This document shows positions 1 to 10,824 of a stretch of DNA of 64,000 nucleotides, piece after piece. Origin of the DNA: Vicinamibacteria bacterium (GTDB lineage: Bacteria > Acidobacteriota > Vicinamibacteria > Marinacidobacterales > Marinacidobacteraceae); assembly GCA_964291235.2 (NCBI GenBank), contig OZ219816.1:1600001-1664000 (forward strand), written 5' to 3'. The notes below the pieces were generated by a model. It was not told the DNA's origin, ran no database searches, and saw nothing but the letters and a program-made list of their open reading frames with translations. Each line of letters starts with the position of its first letter. Position 1 is the stretch's first letter. The position numbers and the translations under genes were made by a program.

Positions 1-1127
1 CCCACCGCGGTGCCGTCCGCGCTTACCGTCGAGACCGAAAGCATGTGGTTCCCGGAGCTGACCGGCCGGACCTCTCCCTCGAGCGGAGCGAGATAGAGGT
101 TGTTCGTGCCGCGTACCTGGGCGCCGAAATAGATGCCGCTCCCATCGGCAGCCCACCCCACGATGCCCGGTCGCCGGCCCATCTCGGTGGCGATCACCCT
201 CGGGCTGCCGCCGTCGGCGTCCATCACGTAAAGCCCCTCCTCCCGGTAGGTGTCCGTGGTCTGGTCCATTCCGGTGTAGGCGATCAGGCTGCCGTCCGGC
301 GAGGGAACGGCTCCCGAGTCCGGGCCGCTGCGGGTCGTGAGCGCGGTGATCCGGCCGCTGGCCACCTCCACCCGGTAAATCTCCGACTCCCGCCAGGCAT
401 GTTCGGCGTCCGCGGAACGCAGCGAGGTGAAGACGATCGACGAACCGTCGCCCAGATAGCGCGGACCGTCGTGATGGAAGTCACCGCTCGTGAGCTGACG
501 TGGCGTGCCGCCGTCGGCGCTCACCACGAAGATGTGCCGGTAGCCGGCCGGGTGGTACCCCTGCCCGTCGCGCCGGTAGTTGAGACGGGTGACGATCCGG
601 GGGGGCTTCGTCCACTCAGCTCCCGCGGGCGGTTTCGGCAGGTCGATGGCCCACATCGGGTCCGGGCCCGGATCCACGACAGCCCGAAACGCGATGGAGC
701 CGCTGCCGGGCGCCCAGACGATCTGTGACGGGGGGCTGTCGAGCCGCGTCACCTGGCTCTCCGCTCCCTCGGCGTCCATCCAGCGAACGAAGATCTGGCG
801 GTCGCGCAGGAAGGCGATCCGGGTGCCATCTGGCGACCAGCGCGGCGTACCGCCCTCGGTGAGAAAGCGGTTCCGCGAACCGTCGGCGCCGATCTGCCAG
901 AGCTCCGTCTTCCAGCGGTCCTTCATGGCGTCCACGAAACGCCGCTCGTACACCACACTCTTGCCGTCGGGCGAGATCTGCGGGTTGCGGACTGACTCCC
1001 AGGAGAGATAGTCGCCGAGTTCGAGCGGCCGCATCCCGTCCTGGGCCACCGCGCCGGCCCCGAAGAGGAGCAGGATCGCCGCGAGCATCCCGCCAACAGG
1101 CAAAGTCTTCATTCCGTGGATCCGCAT
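1..1127 (-). CDS. S9-family (acylaminoacyl/prolyl oligo) peptidase, N-terminal beta-propeller part; runs off the window edge
   Basis: Manual minus-strand translation: MRIHGMKTLPVGGMLAAILLLFGAGAVAQDGMRPLELGDYLSWESVRNPQISPDGKSVVY...PRWSPDGTRIAF. Signal peptide plus PD40/WD40-like SPDG repeats; GGAGG upstream of ATG 1127. Catalytic domain lies outside the window, so S9 is inferred from the N-terminus. Confidence 0.8.
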   Translation of the reverse strand, partial: MRIHGMKTLPVGGMLAAILLLFGAGAVAQDGMRPLELGDYLSWESVRNPQISPDGKSVVYERRFVDAMKDRWKTELWQIGADGSRNRFLTEGGTPRWSPDGTRIAFLRDRQIFVRWMDAEGAESQVTRLDSPPSQIVWAPGSGSIAFRAVVDPGPDPMWAIDLPKPPAGAEWTKPPRIVTRLNYRRDGQGYHPAGYRHIFVVSADGGTPRQLTSGDFHHDGPRYLGDGSSIVFTSLRSADAEHAWRESEIYRVEVASGRITALTTRSGPDSGAVPSPDGSLIAYTGMDQTTDTYREEGLYVMDADGGSPRVIATEMGRRPGIVGWAADGSGIYFGAQVRGTNNLYLAPLEGEVRPVSSGNHMLSVSTVSADGTAV

Positions 1128-1332
1128 TCGGACACCTCCGCTGGAGCGACGCCGCACCGTAGGGCGTCACCGGGCGAGTTTACGGGACACAGCCGGTCGG
1201 TGTCGGGCCACCATTGCCCCACCCGGGCTGGCTCTGGAAGCCGGCTGTCTTAGTATCGAAGGCGTGCGGCGATTGCGGGGAGTCGTGTCTCCAGACCGGA
1301 GGTCGTCCCTGGGGCGCGCGGGAGAAGCAACC

Positions 1333-2451
1333 ATGGTGAACCGGAAAACCAAAACAGGTTCGATCCTGAGAGCACCCACTCGGTGGCTGCCGACGCTGCT
1401 CTTCGCGCTCGCCGCGGGGTTCGGCTGCTCGCAACAGGCGGTCGAGACGGCGCCGGAGGCCGTCTATCCGGACGCGTCATGGGCACGCATCGCAGATCCC
1501 GCCTCCGCCGGGTTCTCGGCCGAGGCGCTGGACGCGATCCACCCGTACGTGGACGGGATCAACACCACCGCGGTGATGGCCGTGGTCGGGGGGCGCGTCC
1601 TCTTCGAGCACGGACCCGTGGATTCGATCAGCTACCTGGCCTCGGTCCGGAAGAGCATCCTCGCCATGCTGTACGGCCGCTACGTGGAGGACGGGACGAT
1701 CGATCTCGAACGCACGCTCGACGATCTGGGCATGGACGATGTCCAGGGCCTCCTCCCGATCGAGAAACGGGCGCGGGTGCTGGATCTCGTCACCGCGCGC
1801 TCCGGGGTCTATCACCCGGCCTCGAACGCGGGGGACAACCTCGCGGACGCCCCGCCCCGCGGCTCGCAGGAGCCCGGCACCTACTACCTGTACAGCAATT
1901 GGGACTTCAACGCGGCGGGTGCGGTGTTCGAACAGCTTACGGGGCAGAACATCTACGACGCGCTCGAAACCGACCTCGCACTCCCCCTCGGATTCGAGGA
2001 CTGGCACCGCTGGATCCACCGCAAGTCGGGAGACGCGACGCGCTCCCACAACCTCGCCTACCACATGAACCTCTCGGCCCGTGACATGGCCCGGATCGGC
2101 TACCTGATGCTGCGGGGCGGCGTCTGGCGCGGGGAGCGGGTACTGCCGCCGGGATGGGCCGAACGGATCTCGAGCGTGGTCACGCCGTCGGAGGAGATGA
2201 ATCCCCAGAGCCGGCGAGGCGGCGAGTTCGGCTACGGGTACATGTGGTGGGTGTGGGACGGCCCGGCGGTGCCGGAGGGGTTCCAGGGCGCCTATACCGG
2301 ACGCGGAGCCTGGGGCCAGTTCATCACGGTCATCCCGTCGCTCGACATGGTCGTCGCCCACAAGACGGTGCCGGAAGTCGCCACGCCGTGGGACGACTAC
2401 CTGGGGATCCTCACCCGCCTCGCCGCCGCCCACTGCGGCGCCGACTGCTGA
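1333..2451 (+). CDS. Serine hydrolase, beta-lactamase class C-like (probable lipoprotein)
   Basis: SxxK (ASVRKS), YSN (YLYSNWDF), GYGYMWW, GAWGQ; lipobox-like AGFGC; GGAG upstream of ATG 1333. Confidence 0.88.
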   Translation: MVNRKTKTGSILRAPTRWLPTLLFALAAGFGCSQQAVETAPEAVYPDASWARIADPASAGFSAEALDAIHPYVDGINTTAVMAVVGGRVLFEHGPVDSISYLASVRKSILAMLYGRYVEDGTIDLERTLDDLGMDDVQGLLPIEKRARVLDLVTARSGVYHPASNAGDNLADAPPRGSQEPGTYYLYSNWDFNAAGAVFEQLTGQNIYDALETDLALPLGFEDWHRWIHRKSGDATRSHNLAYHMNLSARDMARIGYLMLRGGVWRGERVLPPGWAERISSVVTPSEEMNPQSRRGGEFGYGYMWWVWDGPAVPEGFQGAYTGRGAWGQFITVIPSLDMVVAHKTVPEVATPWDDYLGILTRLAAAHCGADC

Positions 2452-2477
2452 CGGGCTTGACGCAAGCGGGCCGCACT

Positions 2478-3401
2478 GTGACGGCGGACGCGACCCCGTC
2501 GGAGTACGGCCCGATCCTCGGAACCCTCGAATCCGAGGCGATCGAAATCCTCCGCGAGGGAGTGGCGACCGCAGAGCGACCGGTGATGCTGTATTCGATC
2601 GGCAAGGACTCGTCGGTCCTGCTCCACCTCGCCCGCAAGGCCTTCTGGCCGGCGCCCGTCCCCGTCCCCCTCCTCCATATCGACACGACCTGGAAGTTCC
2701 GGGAAATGATCGCCTTCCGGGACCGGCTCGCGGCAGAGCCGGACATCGACCTGCGGGTCCATACCCACGAAGAGGGACTCCGGGCCGGCGTCAACCCCTT
2801 CGACCACGGGTCCGCGCACTACACGGACGTGATGAAGACCCAGGCGCTGCGCCAGGCGCTCGACGCCGGCCGCCACGACGTGATCTTCGGGGGCGCCCGG
2901 CGCGACGAGGAGCGGTCCCGCGCCAAGGAGCGCGTCTTCTCGCTGCGGAACCGGGCCCACCAGTGGGAACCGCGGACGCAACGCCCCGAGATCTGGAACC
3001 TCTACAACACCCGGGTCCGGCCGGGCGAGTCGCTTCGGGTCTCGCCGCTCTCCAACTGGACCGAGGGGGACGTCTGGCGCTACATCGCCGCGGAGGGGAT
3101 CCCCGTCGTCCCGCTCTATTTCGCGAAGGAGCGCCCGGTCGTCGAACGTGACGGCGGGCTCATCCTGGTGGACGACGACCGGCTGCGCCTTCGGCCCGGC
3201 GAAACACCGGACGTGCGGCGCGTCCGCTTCCGGACACTCGGCTGCTATCCGCTGACCGCCGCAGTCGAAAGCGACGCCGACACCGTGGAGAAGATTCTTC
3301 TCGAGACGCTCGCCGCGGAGCGGTCGGAACGCCAGGGACGCTTGATTGACCACGACGGCGAAGCGTCGATGGAACGCAAGAAGCGGGAGGGCTACTTTTG
3401 A
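2478..3401 (+). CDS. cysD: Sulfate adenylyltransferase subunit 2
   Basis: [44 protein letters not shown]-terminal [11 protein letters not shown]; GTG start approximate. Confidence 0.97.
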   Translation: MTADATPSEYGPILGTLESEAIEILREGVATAERPVMLYSIGKDSSVLLHLARKAFWPAPVPVPLLHIDTTWKFREMIAFRDRLAAEPDIDLRVHTHEEGLRAGVNPFDHGSAHYTDVMKTQALRQALDAGRHDVIFGGARRDEERSRAKERVFSLRNRAHQWEPRTQRPEIWNLYNTRVRPGESLRVSPLSNWTEGDVWRYIAAEGIPVVPLYFAKERPVVERDGGLILVDDDRLRLRPGETPDVRRVRFRTLGCYPLTAAVESDADTVEKILLETLAAERSERQGRLIDHDGEASMERKKREGYF

Positions 3402-5224
3402 TGCCGCCCCCGTTGCGCCTCGTAATCTGCGGCAGCGTGGACGACGGCAAGAGCACCCTGATCGGCAGGCTGCTCCACGAGCGCCAGGCGGTTTTTGCAG
3501 ACCAGATGCAAGCGGTGGAGCAGGCCTCACGTCGCTACGGCACCCAGGGCGACAACACCGATCTGGCGCTCCTCATGGACGGCCTGCAGGCCGAACGCGA
3601 GCAGGGAATCACCATCGACGTCGCCTACCGTCGCTTCGAAACGGCCCGGCGCCAGTTCTTCGTTGCCGACGGACCCGGTCACGAGCAGTACACCCGCAAC
3701 ATGGCGACTGCCGCATCCGTCGCTGATCTCGCGATCGTTCTGGTGGATGCGGAGAAGGGGGTCCTGCCGCAGACCGCCCGGCACAGCCGGATCGCCGCCA
3801 TGTTCGGCATTCGGCAGGTGGTTCTCGCCGTCAACAAGCTGGACCTGATCGGCTGGGAGGAGTCCCGGTTCGACGCCATCGTCAGCGCCTACGAGGAAGT
3901 CATCGCCAACACCGGAATCGCTGAGATACGGGCGATTCCGATATCGGCGCTCGGCGGCGAAAACCTGATGCGGCGGGGGGCGCACTCGCCGTGGTATTCG
4001 GGCCCCACCCTCCTCGAGCACCTGGAGACGGTGGACGTCGAACGGTTCGCCGGAGCGGAGCCGTTTCGGATGCCGGTGCAGTACGTGAACCGGCCGAATT
4101 CGGAGTTTCGCGGGTATTGCGGCCGGATCGCCGCCGGCGCGGTCGCGGCCGGCGACCAGGTGCGGATTGCGCCTTCCGGAGTCCGGAGCGAGGTCGAGCG
4201 GATCGTCGTCTGGCAGGGTGACCGCGAGCGGGCGGCGCGCGGCGACTCGGTGACGCTGACCCTGAAGGATGATGTGGACATCGGGCGCGGCGACCTCATC
4301 GCGGCCGCGGACCATCCGGTCGAAGCGGCGGACCAATTCCAGGCTCAACTGCTCTGGATGGGAGACGACCCCCTCGTCGCGGGCCGCGCCTACCGGCTGA
4401 AGCTGCACACGAAGGAGGTTGGCGCCACCGTAACCAGGATCAAGCATCGGCTGGACGTGCTGGACGGGCGCACCCGGCCGGCGGCCACCCTCGGCCTGAA
4501 CGACATCGGTTGCCTCAATCTGGCAACCGACCGTCCGGTCCCCTTCGCACCCTACGACCAGAACGCCCGCCTCGGCGGCTTCGTTCTTCTGGACCGGCAG
4601 ACCCAAGCGACGGTTGGAGCCGGCATGATCCGTTTCGCCCTCATGCGGGCGGCCAATCTCCGCTGGCAGGATTTCGAGATCACGAAGGAACTCCGGGCTC
4701 GAACGAAATTGCAGCGTCCCCGCTGCCTGTGGTTGACCGGGCTCTCCGGGTCCGGAAAGTCCACGATCGCAAACCTCGTCGAAAAACGCCTCGCTTCCGA
4801 GGGCCGGCACACCTATGTGCTCGACGGGGACAACGTCCGCCACGGACTGAACCAGGATCTCGGTTTCACCGAAGCGGACCGGGTGGAGAACATCCGGAGG
4901 GTCGCCGAGGTGGCCCGCCTCATGGTGGATGCCGGCCTGATCGTGATCGTCGCTTTCATCAGTCCCTTCCGCTCGGAACGAGAGCGGGCCCGAGCCCTGT
5001 TCGGAGCGGGTGAATTCCGGGAGATCTTCGTAGATGCTCCGCTCTCCGTCTGCGAGGCGAGGGACCGGAAGGGCCTCTACGCCCGCGCCCGCCGGGGCGA
5101 GGTGAAGAACTTCACCGGGATCAGCAGCCCCTACGAACCCCCCGAACACCCGGACCTGCAGCTGGATACCGGCACCGAATCACCGGAGCGCTGCGTGGAA
5201 CGGATCCTGGACTCGCTCGCGTAG
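3401..5224 (+). CDS. cysNC: Bifunctional sulfate adenylyltransferase subunit 1 / adenylylsulfate kinase (NodQ-like)
   Basis: [40 protein letters not shown]; C-terminal APS kinase [31 protein letters not shown]; TGATG overlap with cysD. Confidence 0.96.
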   Translation: MPPPLRLVICGSVDDGKSTLIGRLLHERQAVFADQMQAVEQASRRYGTQGDNTDLALLMDGLQAEREQGITIDVAYRRFETARRQFFVADGPGHEQYTRNMATAASVADLAIVLVDAEKGVLPQTARHSRIAAMFGIRQVVLAVNKLDLIGWEESRFDAIVSAYEEVIANTGIAEIRAIPISALGGENLMRRGAHSPWYSGPTLLEHLETVDVERFAGAEPFRMPVQYVNRPNSEFRGYCGRIAAGAVAAGDQVRIAPSGVRSEVERIVVWQGDRERAARGDSVTLTLKDDVDIGRGDLIAAADHPVEAADQFQAQLLWMGDDPLVAGRAYRLKLHTKEVGATVTRIKHRLDVLDGRTRPAATLGLNDIGCLNLATDRPVPFAPYDQNARLGGFVLLDRQTQATVGAGMIRFALMRAANLRWQDFEITKELRARTKLQRPRCLWLTGLSGSGKSTIANLVEKRLASEGRHTYVLDGDNVRHGLNQDLGFTEADRVENIRRVAEVARLMVDAGLIVIVAFISPFRSERERARALFGAGEFREIFVDAPLSVCEARDRKGLYARARRGEVKNFTGISSPYEPPEHPDLQLDTGTESPERCVERILDSLA

Positions 5225-5241
5225 GCCGGAAGCGCCGTACA

Positions 5242-6507
5242 TCAGGTCACCGGGTTCCGGCGCTGGAAGCGGGAACTTTGGTACTCCCCCCCTGCCAACA
5301 CCTCCCGAAGCGCTTCAACGGCGTCCCAGACGTCCCGGTAGCGGACATAGAGCGGGGCAAAGCCGAACCGGAGGAGGTCGGGTTCGCGGAAGTCCCCGAC
5401 GATCCCCCGGGCGATAAGGGCCTGCATGACCGGATAGCCCTCCGGGTGTCGGAGGGAGACCTGGCTTCCCCGCTCGGCCGCGTTTGGCGGGCTCACCGCC
5501 TCGACACCGAACTCCCGGAGCCGCTCGTCGGCGAGACGCAAGAGGAGATCTCCGAGCGCCGCGCTCTTTTCCCGGAGCGCGACCATCTCGACTCCGTCGA
5601 ACGTCCGCAGTCCCTCTTCCAGCGTGATCATCGACACGATTCCCGGGGTCCCGGTGAGAAAGCGCCGCATTCCGGCCGCCGGCCGGTAACGTGTCTCGAA
5701 CTCGAAGGGGCTGCGGTGACCCATCCAGCCGGAAAGGGGCGTCTCCAATCCCTGCTGGAGTTCGCGCGCCACGTAGAGAAAACCGGGGGCGCCGGGGCCG
5801 CCGTTCAGGTACTTGTAGCCGCAGCCCACCGCGTATTCGACCCCGTCCTCGTTCAGCTCGAGGGGGAAAGCTCCGGCGCTGTGGCTCAGGTCCCAAACGA
5901 TGGGAACGCCGGCCGCCCGGGCGGCCGCGGTCAGGCGGCGGAGGTCGTGCTTCTTGCCCGTCCGGAAGTCCACCTGGGTCAGCGTGGCGACGGCCACCTC
6001 GGGCCCGAGCGCCGCCTCGAAATTCTGCGGGGCGACCAGCCGGAGTTCCGCTCCGCGCTCCCCTAGCAACCCGACAAGCCCCTCGGCCATGTAGAGATCG
6101 GTCGGGAAGTTGGTCTCCTCGGCCAGCACCACCCGCCGCGGACCGGGCCGGACAAGGAGCGCCCCGAGCAGTTTGAAGAGGTTCAGCGAGACCGAGTCGG
6201 CGGCGATCACCTCGTCCTCGCCGGCGCCGAGCAGCGGGGCGAGGCGCGCGCCGACCCGCTCGGGGAGCCGGAACCACCCGTGGCGGTTCCAGGAGGCGAT
6301 GAGATCGCCTCCCCATTCCTCGGCAATGAAGGCCGCGACCCGGGCTCGCATGGTTCGCGACGGAGGTCCCAGGGAGTTGCCGTCGAGGTAAACCACGCCC
6401 TCCGGGAGTTGAAAGCGTTCCCGAAACGAGCCGAGCCGGTCGGTCCGGTCCCGCTCCACGAAGTCCTCGCGGACGAGCGGCCTGCCGGCCGGCGGGTTCG
6501 AATCCAT
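5242..6507 (-). CDS. kynU: Kynureninase
   Basis: YLDGNSLG, NFPTDLY, WDLSHSAG, GCGYKYLNGGPGAP, GWMGH, RGSQVS, GDFREPD.LRFGFAPLY. Real start MDSNPP at 6507; the rest of the 1603-aa ORF is the antisense shadow of lhr. Confidence 0.95.
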   Translation of the reverse strand: MDSNPPAGRPLVREDFVERDRTDRLGSFRERFQLPEGVVYLDGNSLGPPSRTMRARVAAFIAEEWGGDLIASWNRHGWFRLPERVGARLAPLLGAGEDEVIAADSVSLNLFKLLGALLVRPGPRRVVLAEETNFPTDLYMAEGLVGLLGERGAELRLVAPQNFEAALGPEVAVATLTQVDFRTGKKHDLRRLTAAARAAGVPIVWDLSHSAGAFPLELNEDGVEYAVGCGYKYLNGGPGAPGFLYVARELQQGLETPLSGWMGHRSPFEFETRYRPAAGMRRFLTGTPGIVSMITLEEGLRTFDGVEMVALREKSAALGDLLLRLADERLREFGVEAVSPPNAAERGSQVSLRHPEGYPVMQALIARGIVGDFREPDLLRFGFAPLYVRYRDVWDAVEALREVLAGGEYQSSRFQRRNPVT

Positions 6508-6570
6508 GCGGGGATTATTCCGCCGGGAGGATCGTTCCCGACTACATTCACATCCCTTGGACCATTCCCG

Positions 6571-9500
6571 GTGACCTCTCCGCTCTCCCGTTTCGATCCC
6601 GCCGTCGCCGGCTGGTTCCGGGAGCGGTTCGAGGCGCCCACCGAGCCGCAGGCCCGGGGCTGGCCCGCGATCGCCCGGGGTGAGGACGTGCTGATAACGG
6701 CGCCGACCGGGTCGGGGAAGACGCTCGCCGCCTTTCTCTTCGCGGTGGACCGACTCACCCGCGAGGCGCGAAAGGGGCTTTTGTCCGACGAAACGCGCGT
6801 CATCTACGTCTCGCCGCTGAAGGCGCTGAGCGCCGACATCCGCCGAAACCTCGATGTTCCGCTCGCCGAAATCGCCGCCCGGGCCGAAACCGGCGGCGAA
6901 CCCCTCCCCCCGGTCCGCGCCGAGCTCCGCACCGGCGACACCCCCGCCGCCGAACGGGCCCGGATGACCCGGAAACCACCCCACATCCTGGTCACTACGC
7001 CGGAATCGCTCTACCTCCTGCTCACCGCCGCTCGCGGCCGCGCCCTGCTCCAAACCGCCGACACCGTGATCGTTGACGAGATCCACGCGCTCGCCCGCGA
7101 CAAGCGGGGGACGCACCTCGCGCTCTCGCTCGAACGCCTGGACCGCCTCGCCGGGCGCCGCCTCCAGCGCATCGGCCTCTCGGCGACGGTCCGGCCGGTG
7201 GCCGAGGTCGCCCGGTTCCTCAGCCCGCGGCTGCCGGAAGGGCCGACGGTGGTTCCGGTCGGACACCGGCGGGAAATGGACCTGGCGGTGGAGGTTCCGG
7301 ACACCGAGCTCGGGGCGGTCGCCACCCACGAGGTCATGGAGGACATCCGCGACCGCATCGCCGCGCTCATCGAAGCGCACGACACCACTCTGGTCTTCGT
7401 CAACACCCGGCGGATGGCGGAACGGCTGACCCACGTGCTGAGCGAACGCCTGCCCGAAGACGCGGTGCTCGCCCACCACGGGAGTCTCGCCAGGGAGGTT
7501 CGGCTCGAGGCCGAGCGCCGGCTCCACTCGGGTGCGGTGCGGGCCATCGTGGCGACCGCCTCGCTCGAACTCGGAATCGACATCGGCTCGGTGAACCTCG
7601 TGTGCCAGCTCGGCTCGCCCCGCTCCATCGCGGTCGCCCTCCAGCGGGTGGGCCGCTCCGGTCACTGGCTCGGCGCGATCCCGAAGGGACGCTTTTTCCC
7701 CGCGACCCGCGACGAGCTGGTCGAGTGCGCGGCGGTGCTGGCGGCGGTGGAGGCCGGCGACCTCGACCGGATCCGCATCCCCGACGCTCCGCTCGACATC
7801 CTCGCCCAGCAACTCGTGGCCGAGGCGGGCGCGGCGCCCGAAGACCGGCACGACCTCGACGGGTTGTTCGCCTTCGTGCGCGGCGCCTACCCCTACCGCA
7901 ACCTCGAACGCACGGCCTTCGACGAGGTGATCGGCATGCTCGCTGAAGGCGTCGCCACCGAGCGCGGACGGCGCGGCGCGTACCTGCACCGGGACTCGGT
8001 TTCCGGCACCGTGCGCGCTCGGCGGAACGCCCGGCTGGCAGCGCTCCAGAACGGCGGCGCGATTCCGGAAACGGCCCAGTACCAGGTGGTCGCCGAACCC
8101 GACGACCGCGTCGTCGGTCAGCTCGACGAGGATTTCGCCATCGAAAGCTACGCGGGCGACGTGTTCTTGTTGGGGACCACCTCGTGGCGCATCCGTCGGA
8201 TCGCCCAGGGGCAGGTCCGGGTGGAGGACGCCCAGGGCGCCGCGCCCACCATCCCCTTCTGGCGTGGCGAGGCGCCCGGGCGGACCGCCGAACTGAGCGC
8301 CCGGGTCGCGGGACTGCGCACCCGGGTGGACGAACTCCCACCGGCGGAGGCGCGAACGGAACTCGCAAACACATCCGGTCTTGGTTCCGCCGGCGCCGAC
8401 CAGGTCGTCCGCTACCTGGCTGCCGGGCGGGCCGCGCTCGGCGCGATGCCGAGTCAGCGGACGGTGGTCGCCGAGCGGTTCTTCGATGACTCGGGCGGCA
8501 TGCAACTCGTCATCCACGCCCCTTTCGGGAGCCGGATCAACCGGGCCTGGGGCCTCGCGCTCCGAAAGCGCTTCTGCCGCTCCTTCAACCTGGAACTGCA
8601 GGCGGCGGCCACCGACGACGGCATCGTGATTTCGCTCACCGATCTCCACTCCTTCCCGCTGGAGTCGGTCTTCTCGTTCCTGAAGCCGGAGACCCTGGAA
8701 CCGGTGCTGACCCAGGCGGTGCTCGGCGTGCCGCTCTTCGGCGCCCGCTGGCGCTGGACCGCTTCGCGGGCGCTCGCCGTCCCCCGCCGCCGGCACGGCC
8801 AGCGGGTGCCGCCGCCGATCCAGCGGATGCTCACCGATGACCTGCTGGCCGCGGTCTTTCCCGACCAGGCCGCCTGCGCGGAGAACCTGGCCGGGGAGGT
8901 CCGGGTCCCGAAGCATCCCCTGGTGGACGAGGCGCTCGCCGATTCGCTGCACGACGCGATGGACGTGGGCGGCCTCCGCCGGCTCCTCGAAGACATCCGG
9001 GAAGGCCGCGTGCGCACCGTGGCGGTGGACACCCCCGAGGCGTCGCCCTTCGCCGCCGAGATCCTGAACGCCAACCCGTTCGCCTTCCTCGACCCGGCGC
9101 CGCTCGAGGAGCGCCGTTCCCGGGCCGTGCGCATGCGCCGCTCGCTCCCGCCCGAACTCGATTCCGAGGCGGTCCTCGACCCGGAGGCCATCGAGCAGGC
9201 CCGCGCGGAAGCGGCGCCGCTGGTCCGGGACGCCGACGAACTCCACGACGCGCTGCTCACTCTGGGCGCCGCGCGGGAGACACCGGAATGGGCGACCTGG
9301 TTCTCCGAACTCGAGGCCGGCCGCCGCGCCGCCTCGTTCCCGGCAGGCGGGACTCGGCTCTGGGTGGCCATCGAGAGGGCGGATCTCGCCCGGGCGGTCT
9401 GGCCGGAGGCTTCCCTGCCCGCGGCCGAAGGGGGGGAGCCTTCCGGGATCCCGGACACCCGCGCCGGCGCGGCCGCGGCGGTGCTGCGCGGCGTGATGGA

Positions 9501-10818
9501 CTGCTCGGGGCCTCTCACCGCGGAGGCCCTCGCCGAGCGGCTCCTGATCCCCGAGCGCACGGTCACCGCGGCCCTCCAACTCCTCGAGGCCGAAGGGCTG
9601 CTGCTGCAGGGGCGTTTCGCGGGCGCGCCGGCGGGAACCGGATCCGTGGAGTGGTGCCACCGGCGGGTGCTGGCGCGCATCCACCGCCTCACCCTGGCGC
9701 GCCTTCGCCGTGAGTCGGCCCCGGTGAGCGCCGCCGCCTTCCTCGAATTCCTGGCCGGGTGGCAGCACGCGACGGCCGAGACCCGCCTCCACGGACCGCG
9801 CGGGGTCCGGGAGGTGGTCGCCCAGCTCCAGGGGCTCGAAGCGCCGGCGGCGGCGTGGGAATCCCAGCTCCTGCCGCTCAGGGTCGCCGGCTACCGCCGC
9901 GACTGGCTGGACGAGAACTGTTTTTCGGGCGAGGTCGTCTGGGGCCGGACCTCGGTTCCGGAAACATCCGCGAACGGGAATCCCACAACCCGCCTCCCCA
10001 CCCGGCCCACCCGGGCGGCCCCCATCGGACTGCTGCTGCGGAGCGACCTCCACCGCTGGCTGCCGGCGCGCCCCGAGGACCGCTCCGGCCTCTCTGCGGC
10101 GGCGGCCAAGGTCCTCGAACTCCTCGAACGCGGCGGAGCGCAGTTCTTCACCGAACTGCGGGAACGCGCCGGACTCCTGCCCGCGGCGGTCGAGGACGCG
10201 CTCTGGGAGCTGACTGCCGGCGGCTGGGTGACCGCGGACGGCTTTGACAACCTGCGGGCGCTGATGGACCCGCGGCGGCGCACCGCCTACGGGCGCTACC
10301 GGCGGCGGAAGGCGCGCTACTCAGCGGGCCGCTGGGCGGTGCTGGCGCCGCCCGCCCGCGAGGGGGGAAAACCCTCGGATCACGAAGCAGTTGCACGCCA
10401 ACTCCTCCGGCGCTGGGGGGTGGTGTTCCGTGACCTGCTGAAGCGGGAGCGAATCGCTTCGCGCTGGCGCGACCTCCAACTCGTCCTGCGCCGGCTCGAG
10501 ATGCGCGGAGAGGTGTTAGGAGGCCAGTTCGTCTCCACGTTCCCCGGCGAGCAGTTCGCCCTCGAGGAAGCCGTCGCTCCGCTGCGCCGCGCGGGCAAGA
10601 GCGGGAGCGAGCCGGCGCCGGGACTGACCATCGGCGCCGCCGACCCGCTGAACCTGTCCGGAATCCTGATCCCCGGCGCCCGGATTCCCATCACTTCCTC
10701 CGACAATCTCGTTCTTGAAAACGGCGTGGTGACGCCGGCGGGAAAGGCCCCGATTCGGGCCGAGGCCGAACGGCGCTCGACCGGAAGCTCCGGAACCCGG
10801 GCGGCGCCGCCGAACTGA
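6571..10818 (+). CDS. lhr: Lhr-family ATP-dependent DEAD/H helicase (long form with C-terminal domain)
   Basis: APTGSGKTLAAF, YVSPLKAL, TTPESLYLLL, DEIH, LSAT, HHGSL, SLELGIDIG, QRVGRSGH; C-terminal RGEVLGG.FV...GEQFA and AADPLNL. Confidence 0.94.
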   Translation: MTSPLSRFDPAVAGWFRERFEAPTEPQARGWPAIARGEDVLITAPTGSGKTLAAFLFAVDRLTREARKGLLSDETRVIYVSPLKALSADIRRNLDVPLAEIAARAETGGEPLPPVRAELRTGDTPAAERARMTRKPPHILVTTPESLYLLLTAARGRALLQTADTVIVDEIHALARDKRGTHLALSLERLDRLAGRRLQRIGLSATVRPVAEVARFLSPRLPEGPTVVPVGHRREMDLAVEVPDTELGAVATHEVMEDIRDRIAALIEAHDTTLVFVNTRRMAERLTHVLSERLPEDAVLAHHGSLAREVRLEAERRLHSGAVRAIVATASLELGIDIGSVNLVCQLGSPRSIAVALQRVGRSGHWLGAIPKGRFFPATRDELVECAAVLAAVEAGDLDRIRIPDAPLDILAQQLVAEAGAAPEDRHDLDGLFAFVRGAYPYRNLERTAFDEVIGMLAEGVATERGRRGAYLHRDSVSGTVRARRNARLAALQNGGAIPETAQYQVVAEPDDRVVGQLDEDFAIESYAGDVFLLGTTSWRIRRIAQGQVRVEDAQGAAPTIPFWRGEAPGRTAELSARVAGLRTRVDELPPAEARTELANTSGLGSAGADQVVRYLAAGRAALGAMPSQRTVVAERFFDDSGGMQLVIHAPFGSRINRAWGLALRKRFCRSFNLELQAAATDDGIVISLTDLHSFPLESVFSFLKPETLEPVLTQAVLGVPLFGARWRWTASRALAVPRRRHGQRVPPPIQRMLTDDLLAAVFPDQAACAENLAGEVRVPKHPLVDEALADSLHDAMDVGGLRRLLEDIREGRVRTVAVDTPEASPFAAEILNANPFAFLDPAPLEERRSRAVRMRRSLPPELDSEAVLDPEAIEQARAEAAPLVRDADELHDALLTLGAARETPEWATWFSELEAGRRAASFPAGGTRLWVAIERADLARAVWPEASLPAAEGGEPSGIPDTRAGAAAAVLRGVMDCSGPLTAEALAERLLIPERTVTAALQLLEAEGLLLQGRFAGAPAGTGSVEWCHRRVLARIHRLTLARLRRESAPVSAAAFLEFLAGWQHATAETRLHGPRGVREVVAQLQGLEAPAAAWESQLLPLRVAGYRRDWLDENCFSGEVVWGRTSVPETSANGNPTTRLPTRPTRAAPIGLLLRSDLHRWLPARPEDRSGLSAAAAKVLELLERGGAQFFTELRERAGLLPAAVEDALWELTAGGWVTADGFDNLRALMDPRRRTAYGRYRRRKARYSAGRWAVLAPPAREGGKPSDHEAVARQLLRRWGVVFRDLLKRERIASRWRDLQLVLRRLEMRGEVLGGQFVSTFPGEQFALEEAVAPLRRAGKSGSEPAPGLTIGAADPLNLSGILIPGARIPITSSDNLVLENGVVTPAGKAPIRAEAERRSTGSSGTRAAPPN

Positions 10819-10824
10819 GGTGCC

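Noticed and set aside
1189-1248. ACAGCCGG...CCGGCTGT inverted repeat resembling the MITE-like ends
   Set aside because: Only 8 bp, no internal similarity to the two copies and no CTAG ends.
6495-6505. GGTTCGAATCC tRNA T-arm-like motif
   Set aside because: No acceptor, D or anticodon stems; lies within the first codons of kynU.
6508-10053. 1603-aa minus-strand ORF appearing to give kynU a huge N-terminal extension
   Set aside because: The extension is the antisense shadow of lhr, common at high GC; kynureninase similarity begins at MDSNPP (6507).
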